Source of the DNA: Victivallaceae bacterium
GTDB lineage: Bacteria; Verrucomicrobiota; Lentisphaeria; Victivallales; Victivallaceae
NCBI GenBank assembly: GCA_045585955.1
Contig: JAZMZK010000018.1
Location: 25,450-89,449 of the forward strand
Length of the DNA stretch: 64,000 nucleotides
Direction of reading: 5' to 3'
The notes under the pieces were generated by a model. The model saw only the letters and a list, made by a program, of their open reading frames with translations, made no database searches and had not been told where the DNA came from. The position numbers were made by a program, and so were the translations under genes. Position 1 is the stretch's first letter, and each line of letters begins with the position of its first letter. Positions 45,912 through 53,174 of this stretch are shown here, piece by piece.

Positions 45912-46659
45912 TGTTCTGCTCCATGATCTTTTCTGCCAGCGACCGGTAAGCCTTGGCTATATCACTTGCCGGATAAGCACTCAAAAGAGTTTTCTGCATT
46001 TCTTCAGCTTCGGCAACCAAACTGCTGCGGGGAATTATGCCGGTGATCAGACTTTCAAAATCCTCTGCCAGTGCTGCAACCTTATTGGCTTCATCCTTGA
46101 CGACCCGGCAATTCAAGATAAAACCGCCCAGCTCTGCATAGTTGCGGCTCTGGAAATTCTTCAACGCCATGGCGATATTTGCCGCAGCATAAATGGACAT
46201 GTTTTCGCCGGAAGTAATAATGTATACTTTATCAGCGTAACCATTACGCATAGGCATGGCAAAGCCGCCGCAAACCACATCGCCCAGCACATCGTACAAA
46301 ACAACATCGGGCTTAATCGCAGAGTAAGCACCTTTGCTTTCCAGTTTTTCCAGAGCGTTGATGATCCCCCTGCCCGCACAGCCCATGCCGGGAACCGGAC
46401 CACCGGCTTCCACACAAGCGATATTCTTTTCGCCGAACGACACCATATCATGCCACGAAAAATCATCGCCGTATTTGCGGATAAGTTCCAAAACCGGCGT
46501 GGGGCGTCTGCCCCCCAGATGCGACATGGTGGAGTCCGCTTTGGGGTCGCAGCCGATTTGCATAACTTGCAGACCTTTTTCCGCAAGTGCATAAGCTAAA
46601 TTGCTGACAGTAGTGGATTTACCGATACCGCCTTTACCGTAAAAAGCCAATTTCAACAT
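45904..46659 (-). CDS. NifH/BchL/CfbC-family ATPase Fe protein-like, copy 1
   Basis: It has Walker [11 protein letters not shown] and switch I CDPKADST, plus the cluster ligand contexts GMGCAGRGI and [14 protein letters not shown]. Its start overlaps the HydE stop by 7 nt. Confidence 0.9.
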   Translation of the reverse strand: MLKLAFYGKGGIGKSTTVSNLAYALAEKGLQVMQIGCDPKADSTMSHLGGRRPTPVLELIRKYGDDFSWHDMVSFGEKNIACVEAGGPVPGMGCAGRGIINALEKLESKGAYSAIKPDVVLYDVLGDVVCGGFAMPMRNGYADKVYIITSGENMSIYAAANIAMALKNFQSRNYAELGGFILNCRVVKDEANKVAALAEDFESLITGIIPRSSLVAEAEEMQKTLLSAYPASDIAKAYRSLAEKIMEQNNA

Positions 46660-47702
46660 GTTTTTTCACTCCAATCGCCCCGGCTGAACTCAAAAGCATA
46701 GCCGATAGTGTTCAATTCTTCACTTAAAGCTTTGACCGCCTCCGCAACCGGCTTATCTGCCGAAAGCTTGTTGTTGTACAATAGATAATTATTCTGCACA
46801 TCTTTGGGCGTCAAATTGGGCATGATCACATTGGCACCGGCTTGGATGCCCAGCACTCGCCCGCCGGATTTCAGCGAACCCAACGCCGTGGTCGCCGGAA
46901 GCAAGACCTTTTCCAACATGATGCGAGTCAAGCTCAAAAGCATCAAAGTTTGCGCCACACTGCTTGCCGGATAACTGGCAAAGGGGGTATCTTTGTGAGG
47001 GATAAAAGGCCCGATGCCCACCATTTCCGGCTGCAAACCGTGCATAAAAAGCATATCTTTTGCCAGCGTTTGGGGCGTTTGGAACGGGCTCCCGGTCATA
47101 ATGCCGCAACCGGTCTGATAGCCCAAACTTTTCAAATTCTGCAAACACTCCATGCGATTACTTAAACTCATATATTCCGGGTGCATTTTCCGGTAATGCC
47201 CTTCATCAGCCGTTTCGTGCCGCAAAAGATAGCGGTCAGCTCCGGCTTCACGCAAAAGTTTGTATTCAGCCAAGCTCAATTCCCCCAGCGAAAGCGTTAC
47301 CGCACAGCCGGGAAATTCACTTTTCAAACGCCGTACCAATTGGCAAAGCCGGTCAGCACAACAACCCACTTCGCCACTTTGCAGAACAAAAGTCTTGATA
47401 TTATTTTGCCAGCCCGTGCGGCAGCACTCAACGATCAGATCGTCGCTCATATTGTAGCGTTGAACCAAAGTGTTGCTTTTGCGGATGCCGCAATAAAAAC
47501 AATCGTTGCTGCAAACATTGGAAAATTCCACAATGCCCCGGATAAAGACCTTTCTGCCGTAATGTTTTTGAGCGATCGCCTGCGCTTTTTCAGCAGCAAA
47601 GAGCCGATCCGCTTGCGAGTAAGAACTCAAAAGCGTCACCCATTCGGCAAAGCCAAGCTGTTTTTCAGCATCAAGTTTTTCAATCAATCCACGGCAAACC
47701 AT
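46653..47702 (-). CDS. hydE: [FeFe]-hydrogenase maturase HydE-type radical SAM protein
   Basis: The radical SAM motif is EFSNVCSNDCFYCGIR. Blocks TFVLQSGE, AVTLSLGE, EAGADRYLLRHETA, VGIGPFIPHKDTP, LPATTALG and GANVIMPNLTP match Thermotoga HydE as I remember it, nearly block for block. Confidence 0.85.
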   Translation of the reverse strand: MVCRGLIEKLDAEKQLGFAEWVTLLSSYSQADRLFAAEKAQAIAQKHYGRKVFIRGIVEFSNVCSNDCFYCGIRKSNTLVQRYNMSDDLIVECCRTGWQNNIKTFVLQSGEVGCCADRLCQLVRRLKSEFPGCAVTLSLGELSLAEYKLLREAGADRYLLRHETADEGHYRKMHPEYMSLSNRMECLQNLKSLGYQTGCGIMTGSPFQTPQTLAKDMLFMHGLQPEMVGIGPFIPHKDTPFASYPASSVAQTLMLLSLTRIMLEKVLLPATTALGSLKSGGRVLGIQAGANVIMPNLTPKDVQNNYLLYNNKLSADKPVAEAVKALSEELNTIGYAFEFSRGDWSEKTC

Positions 47703-47760
47703 TGTAAAATCTCACAATAAAGAGTTAAAATTGAAAAAAATGAATTTTGAATTGAATGAT

Positions 47761-47849
47761 TTTTCGGAGATGAGATGTGAGCGGTAGTTTTTTCCGGCTA
47801 CTCGTAGAGTAACCGGGAAAAACGCTCCGCTTGCAGATCGCTCCGAAAA
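47761..47849. promoter_or_regulatory. ~90-nt imperfect inverted repeat in the operon leader/promoter region
   Basis: The outer 9-bp arms are perfect (ttttcggag at 47761-47769, ctccgaaaa at 47841-47849). Inner pairings are gagcg/cgctc, ttttt(t)ccgg/ccgg(g)aaaaa and actc-gta-gagt at the apex. Confidence 0.5.
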
Positions 47850-47885
47850 CATTCAAGGCATTTTCATTTTTTTTAATTTTGACTC

Positions 47886-47928
47886 AACAAAAAGACCGTA
47901 TTCCTGACATACAGACAGCAATACGGTC
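47886..47928 (-). terminator. Rho-independent terminator after the TM1266-like gene
   Basis: On the minus strand, gaccgtatt pairs with aatacggtc (9-bp stem, 17-nt loop) and is followed by tttttgttg. Confidence 0.7.
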
Positions 47929-48019
47929 AAAATAACGACTTATTATTATGCTTCTGCCTCAAAGTTCCCTGCCGGGAAGTTTTCAGCGTCAGGATAAATA
48001 TTCAATATACAATTTTATT

Positions 48020-48268
48020 TCAAACTGCCGAACAGACGGCTTTGGCAGTCACGCCCTCAAGTCTGCCCAGTTTACCGGCTATGGCGTTGATCTTATCGGT
48101 TGGAGCATCCAGCACGATATTGATTATGCTGATCTTGCGTTCCCGATAAGGCAAACCCATTCTGCCGATGATATATTCGCCGAACTCGTGCAGTATGGCA
48201 TTGACCGCTGCGGCGGACTCCATATTTTCAACGATTATTGCCACTACGGCAACACGGTTTTCAGCCAT
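48020..48268 (-). CDS. TM1266-type ACT-like protein (putative iron-only hydrogenase system regulator family)
   Basis: 82 aa from the ATG at 48268 (GAGGTG RBS). RVAVVAIIVENMESAAAVNAILHEFGEYIIGRMGLPYRERKISIINIVLDAPTDKINAIAGKLGRLEGVTAKAV parallels the Thermotoga TM1266 sequence pattern as I recall it. Confidence 0.7.
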   Translation of the reverse strand: MAENRVAVVAIIVENMESAAAVNAILHEFGEYIIGRMGLPYRERKISIINIVLDAPTDKINAIAGKLGRLEGVTAKAVCSAV

Positions 48269-48331
48269 ACAACACCTCGCAAATATACCACTTTGACTAT
48301 TATAGCACAACAAACTGTTTATGCAAACAGT

Positions 48332-49816
48332 TTACTTCAAAAAATCCAACACAAATTCTGCCATATCGGATTTTTCAATGCAATTCTTGTGCCGCACTTC
48401 GCAACCCTTCAAATTGGCAAGCGGTGCCGGGATCGGGGTATTGGAAAGTTTGGCAAGCATTTCCAACTGGGCAAAGCCGTCAGCAGGAATAGCTTCGGCA
48501 GTCAAAGCCGGCAATACCGATGCAGCAAACTTATAGGGCGAAGCAGTGGAAGCCACCACCGTCAATGTATTGTCGCCGGTAGCTTTGCGGTACTGTTCAA
48601 GCACATTTGCCGCAACCGCAGTGTGGGTATCGGCAAGATAGTTGTACTCTTTGAAAAGTTTGCCGATAGTTTCTTCGGTACCCTTTTCGTCGCAATATCC
48701 GCCGAAAAATTCGCTCTGCAATTTTGCCAGCACATCTTTGGGCAGCTCGTAACGGCCTTTTTCCGCCAGCTCTTTCATAAGTTTGGCAGTAAGTTCAGCA
48801 TCGTTGCCGGCAGCGTGGAAGATCATGCGTTCCAAATTGCTGGAAATCAATATATCCATGGAAGGACTGCTGGTGGTGTAAAACTCCCGGTTGCGGTCAT
48901 AGACCCCGGTTTCCAGAAAATCGGTCAAAACTTTGTTGCGGTTGGAGGCACAAATAAGTTTGTCGATAGGTACACCCATTTGCTTGGCATAGTAAGCAGC
49001 CAATATATCGCCGAAGTTGCCGGTGGGCACAGCTACATTGAACTTTTCGCCCGCTTTCAACGCACCTTTCTTCAAAAGATCGCAAGCTGCCGACACATAA
49101 TAGACGATCTGGGGAACCAGACGGCCGAAGTTGATGCTGTTGGCAGAAGAAAATTCCATATTCTTCTTATCCAGAGCTTCCCGGATGGCATCGTCGGTAA
49201 AGATTTTTTTGACTCCGCTCTGGGCATCGTCAAAGTTGCCTTCGATACCGCAAACCGAAACATTGTCGCCAACTTGGGTGATCATCTGCAATTTCTGCAT
49301 ATCCGACACCCCGTTTTCCGGGAAGAACACCACGATCCTGGTGTTGGGTACATCGGCAAACCCCGCCAATGCCGCCTTGCCGGTATCGCCGGAAGTGGCT
49401 ACCAATATAACGATGGTTCTGCCGGGAGCAGTCTTATTGGCAGCTTTGACCAGCAAAAAGGGCAGCAGCTGCAATGCCATATCTTTAAAAGCACAAGTAG
49501 GCCCGTGCCAGAGTTCCAGCATTTCAGTACCGGCAGTTACTTCGGCAAGGGGAGCGGGGTCGTTGTTATCAAAAGTATTGGTGTAAGCACCTTTTACGCA
49601 ATAATCCAGCTCTTCATCTGTATAGTCAGTCAAATAGAGTTTGAGCACTTCTTTGGCACGGCCAATATAATCCATATCAGCAAGTGCCATAAGTTTTTCG
49701 TAAGATAACTGCGGGAAACTGCAAGGCACAAAAAGCCCACCATCAGCAGCAATACCCCGGGTAATAGCGGCAGCAGAACTGACACTCTGCACACTTCTGG
49801 TACTGGTAAACAACAT
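48332..49816 (-). CDS. thrC: Threonine synthase (long form)
   Basis: It starts MLFTSTRS, has GGLFVP, and has the PLP-lysine context GPTCAFKDMALQ. Length is 494 aa. Confidence 0.92.
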   Translation of the reverse strand: MLFTSTRSVQSVSSAAAITRGIAADGGLFVPCSFPQLSYEKLMALADMDYIGRAKEVLKLYLTDYTDEELDYCVKGAYTNTFDNNDPAPLAEVTAGTEMLELWHGPTCAFKDMALQLLPFLLVKAANKTAPGRTIVILVATSGDTGKAALAGFADVPNTRIVVFFPENGVSDMQKLQMITQVGDNVSVCGIEGNFDDAQSGVKKIFTDDAIREALDKKNMEFSSANSINFGRLVPQIVYYVSAACDLLKKGALKAGEKFNVAVPTGNFGDILAAYYAKQMGVPIDKLICASNRNKVLTDFLETGVYDRNREFYTTSSPSMDILISSNLERMIFHAAGNDAELTAKLMKELAEKGRYELPKDVLAKLQSEFFGGYCDEKGTEETIGKLFKEYNYLADTHTAVAANVLEQYRKATGDNTLTVVASTASPYKFAASVLPALTAEAIPADGFAQLEMLAKLSNTPIPAPLANLKGCEVRHKNCIEKSDMAEFVLDFLK

Positions 49817-49915
49817 TATTATTTTCCTTTATATTATATAATAAACAAGAATAAATCTTAATACAATACACCCAAAGTCGTTTTTTTGCAACAAACACGC
49901 AACTCTTTTATAAGA

Positions 49916-51178
49916 TTACTTTGATAATTTGCGCACCAGATCAGCAAAAATATTGCCCCGCTCTTTGTAATCTTTGAACATATCCATACTTGCCGCCGCC
50001 GGAGAAAGCAGAACTATGTCGCCGGCGTGGGCAATTTCTGAAGCATGATCGACTGCCAGAGCAAAGTTGCAGTCGGCGTCAAAGACTTCCACTTTGCCGG
50101 TAAATGCGGCGGCGACTGCATCCTTGCATCTGCCGTAAACAATGACTTTGCGCAAATAGTCAGCCAAGCTGCTCAAAGGCGAAAAATCCATATCTTTATC
50201 CAACCCTCCGGCAATCAGAACAATATCTTTTGCCGGAACAGTTCTCAATGCCTTTACCGCTGCAATAACTGCCGCCGGGTTGGTAGCTTTGGAGTCGTCG
50301 ATATACTTTACGCCATTGATTTCAGTTACCAAACTTATGCGGTGATCGCCGGTTTTGAAATCCTGCAATATCCCGGCAAGTTCGCAAAGATGTTCTTCCA
50401 GCGGCAGCAACGCTTGAACCAAATTCAAGGCCGCCAGCAGATTTTCCCGGTTGTGCAGAGCATTCAAAGCAGTCTTTTCCAGTTCAACAACCTTGTTTTC
50501 TCCATAATAAAGCATACCGTCAGCAATTCTGAACATGCCAGCTTCCGCCTTGCCGGTCATGGTGGCACCGTAGAAACATTTTTCCGGCGGCACCTGTTGG
50601 AAAATGCGTTCTTTAACGCTCCGGTATTCCGCAAGCCCCCCGGGGTAGCGGTTGATATGGTCAGACTCAATATTCAGTAAAACCGCCGCTTCGGCAGGCA
50701 GATAATGAGTATGCTCAAGCTGAAAACTGCTGACTTCCAACACGGCGAAAAGTTTTTCCGCTTCTTTGATCTCGCCACGGAGGATTTGGGCGGCAACTGC
50801 CGAAAGGGGCAAACCGATATTTCCGGCAGCCACCACTGCCCTGCCAAGTTTTTTCAAAATAAATTCAGTAAGCTCCACCGTAGTAGTCTTGCCATTGGTA
50901 CCAGTCACTGCCACACATTTGCCGGGAAAATGCCGCATACCCAGTTCAAGCTCGCTGATTACACTTATCTTACGCTCAACAGCCCCCATATAAAGCCGGG
51001 AAGTTGGCAATACGCCGGGACTGACCACCACTTGATCCACTCCGGAAAAAACTTCATCAAGTTCGCAGTCAACGGTTTCTATATCATTGACGATCCGGCA
51101 TTTGATATTCAACGCTTCTGCCAGCTCTGCCACCGCACGACCGCTTACTCCACCGCCTATCATCAATATATTATTCAT
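49916..51178 (-). CDS. murD: UDP-N-acetylmuramoylalanine--D-glutamate ligase
   Basis: It has the N-terminal GGGVSG Rossmann motif, the Mur ligase P-loop VTGTNGKTTT, and a C-terminal GGLDKDMDF. Length is 420 aa. Confidence 0.85.
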   Translation of the reverse strand: MNNILMIGGGVSGRAVAELAEALNIKCRIVNDIETVDCELDEVFSGVDQVVVSPGVLPTSRLYMGAVERKISVISELELGMRHFPGKCVAVTGTNGKTTTVELTEFILKKLGRAVVAAGNIGLPLSAVAAQILRGEIKEAEKLFAVLEVSSFQLEHTHYLPAEAAVLLNIESDHINRYPGGLAEYRSVKERIFQQVPPEKCFYGATMTGKAEAGMFRIADGMLYYGENKVVELEKTALNALHNRENLLAALNLVQALLPLEEHLCELAGILQDFKTGDHRISLVTEINGVKYIDDSKATNPAAVIAAVKALRTVPAKDIVLIAGGLDKDMDFSPLSSLADYLRKVIVYGRCKDAVAAAFTGKVEVFDADCNFALAVDHASEIAHAGDIVLLSPAAASMDMFKDYKERGNIFADLVRKLSK

Positions 51179-51350
51179 AAAAAGCCCTTCAATAATAGTT
51201 TATTTTCCGATAAAGATTGAAAAAAATCCCGGAATCTGCCGAAATTTTTTTCAAATCCTGCTGCTATCGCCGCAATTAAAATAAAAACAATACTGCTTTT
51301 GATTTCAGCTGCTGCAATATTTTATCAAACAATACAGTAAATACTGCAAA

Positions 51351-51380
51351 ATATAAAAACCCACAGGAAAATCCTGCGGG
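51351..51380 (-). terminator. Rho-independent terminator after the repeat-protein gene
   Basis: On the minus strand, cccgcagg pairs with cctgtggg (including a G-U pair that only works on this strand) and is followed by tttttatat. Confidence 0.6.
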
Positions 51381-51396
51381 CTGATTTTTATAATCG

Positions 51397-51807
51397 TCAA
51401 CGCCCCCGTCTGTCGTGGTGTCGATCGCGCCCCCGCTCAACCGGGCTGTGCGGGGGAGCAATTACCACCTTTCGCCGTTCAACCGGGCGCTCTACAACCA
51501 CAGGGCGCTCTACAACCACAGGGCGGCGCACATGCGAAGGCGCAGGACGACGCACCACCGGGCGTTCTACAACCACCGGGCGCTCTACCACAACCGGGCG
51601 CTCTACAACCACAGGGCGTTCTACAACCACTTGGCGCTCTACAACTTTGGTTGGAACCGGAGTAACAACCGTTTTGACCAGATTTACGATCCCGGCAGCC
51701 AAACGCAGTCCATCATTATCCCGATGATGGTGCGGTCTTGCCATTGCCTCCGGAACAACAAACAATACAGCCCCGCCTGCCAACAGACCAATCATAATTC
51801 TTTTCAT
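51397..51807 (-). CDS. Small secreted protein with tandem ERPVVV hexapeptide repeats and His-rich ends
   Basis: The signal peptide is MKRIMIGLLAGGAVLFVVPEAMA. HHHRD motifs occur at both ends. The core is (ERPVVV)n, encoded by 18-bp DNA repeats. Confidence 0.7.
   Translation of the reverse strand: MKRIMIGLLAGGAVLFVVPEAMARPHHHRDNDGLRLAAGIVNLVKTVVTPVPTKVVERQVVVERPVVVERPVVVERPVVVERPVVRRPAPSHVRRPVVVERPVVVERPVERRKVVIAPPHSPVERGRDRHHDRRGR
51483..51645. repeat. Two blocks of in-frame 18-bp tandem repeats (coding), separated by a non-repeat spacer
   Basis: Units of gggcgctctacaaccaca and variants occur in two blocks, about 2 units at 51483-51522 and about 5 units at 51558-51645. They lie inside the CDS and encode VVERPV repeats. 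Confidence 0.85.
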
Positions 51808-52045
51808 AAGATATCCCCTTTCTTTTTTGTTTCCAATAAAGTTTTGAAATATATCAAGTGATTTTACTGTAAAATAAAAACTTTAATTAATCCCGAAATC
51901 TTTAATACAATACCACATAAAAAAAACTTTTCAACCATAAAAAAGCATATTATAGACAAAAAAAATAAAAACTGTTGCATGTTACAGCATATTGTACTAT
52001 ATTATTACATGAAACAAAAAGATCAATACTTGTGGAGCAATCAAT

Positions 52046-53143
52046 ATGGCAGTAAAATTGAGTTTGGTAGTACCATGTTACAACGAAGAAAAAACCTTGT
52101 CCGGAATCGTTCAGAGAGTACTATCCTTACGCAGCGAAAACCTTGAACTTGAAATAATCATAGTTGATGACTGTTCAAAAGATAAAAGCTGGGAAACAGC
52201 TCAAGCTCTGGCGGCAAAACATCCGGAAATAACTTTGGCAAAACATGAAGTAAATCAGGGGAAAGGTGCAGCATTGCGAACCGGATTCCTGAAAGCCACC
52301 GGGGATTTTGTAGGTATTCAGGATGCAGATATGGAATATAACCCTGCCGATTACCTTGTTATGCTTGAACCATTGCTGGATGGCAGAGCCGATGTGGTTT
52401 ACGGCTCTCGTTACCTCAAACCGGATACCCGGCGAGTGCTTTACTTCTGGCACAGCTGCATGAATAAATTTCTGACTTTTACTTCCAACATGTTCACCGA
52501 TCTTGGGATAACGGATATGGAAACCTGTTACAAACTCTTCAAACGGGAAGTTATCCAGGCCATCGCCCCCCGTTTGAAGGAAAACCGTTTTGGTTTTGAG
52601 CCGGAAGTCACAACCTATATAGCCGAAGCCAAAGTAAGAGTTTACGAATGTGCCATAAGCTACGATCCCCGGACTTTTGAAGAAGGTAAAAAAATCGGCT
52701 GGAAAGACGGCTTGCGCGCACTTTACTGCATCATGCACTACGGAGCATGCAATGCGCCGATACCGATGCAGCTGATCATTTACTTCTTTATCGGAGCAGC
52801 ATCAGCGCTGGTGAATCTGGCATCTTTTGCACTTTTGCTGAATATATTCAGAACAGATTTGTATTGGGCAATTACGGGTGCATACATTGTAAGCGCCCTG
52901 GCAAATTACTTACTGTGTGTGGCAATACTTTTCCGGCATAAAGCCCGGTGGAATACCGCTGGAGAAATCATTGCTTACCTTATCACTCTGATAGTAATGG
53001 GAGGTATTGATATTGGACTGACCAAGTTGCTTATCAACTGGCTGCAAGCGCCCCTGTGGGGCAAATTTATAGCATCACTGGTCGGATTTTTCGGCAACTA
53101 TTTTCTGCGCCGGAAGTTGGTATTCCCCATGAAGAAAAAATAA
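52046..53143 (+). CDS. Family 2 glycosyltransferase fused to a GtrA-like membrane domain
   Basis: LSLVVPCYNEE and the DxD context IQDADMEY are present. The C-terminal ~130 aa has four hydrophobic helices typical of GtrA. Confidence 0.85.
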   Translation: MAVKLSLVVPCYNEEKTLSGIVQRVLSLRSENLELEIIIVDDCSKDKSWETAQALAAKHPEITLAKHEVNQGKGAALRTGFLKATGDFVGIQDADMEYNPADYLVMLEPLLDGRADVVYGSRYLKPDTRRVLYFWHSCMNKFLTFTSNMFTDLGITDMETCYKLFKREVIQAIAPRLKENRFGFEPEVTTYIAEAKVRVYECAISYDPRTFEEGKKIGWKDGLRALYCIMHYGACNAPIPMQLIIYFFIGAASALVNLASFALLLNIFRTDLYWAITGAYIVSALANYLLCVAILFRHKARWNTAGEIIAYLITLIVMGGIDIGLTKLLINWLQAPLWGKFIASLVGFFGNYFLRRKLVFPMKKK

Positions 53144-53174
53144 AATTGCGGGGGGGCGGCAAAGCTGTTTCAGC

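Noticed and set aside
40363-46659. Interpretation as a genuine nitrogen-fixation (nifHDK/nifEN) cluster
   Set aside because: The component-1-like subunits are much shorter than NifD/K/E/N as I know them. No nifB, nifV, nifX, nifQ or nifA is present. The cluster is flanked by hydrogenase maturases instead. It is more consistent with a nitrogenase-like (group IV-type) paralog.
47948-49708. Long antisense ORFs of 250-590 aa. This one lies opposite thrC and the TM1266-like gene. Similar cases are 2701-3828, 5167-6393, 22053-23129, 45784-46599, 59642-60589, 60983-61744, 61587-62717 and 62742-63638.
   Set aside because: All lie exactly opposite confidently identified genes. They lack RBSs and recognisable motifs and share the same biased composition. 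I treat them as frame artefacts.
51483-51645. Tandem DNA repeats considered as a possible CRISPR or minisatellite
   Set aside because: The units are 18 bp, contiguous within each block, without spacers, in frame and inside a signal-peptide-bearing ORF. They are coding hexapeptide repeats. The same holds for the imperfect repeats at 59200-59600 inside parC.
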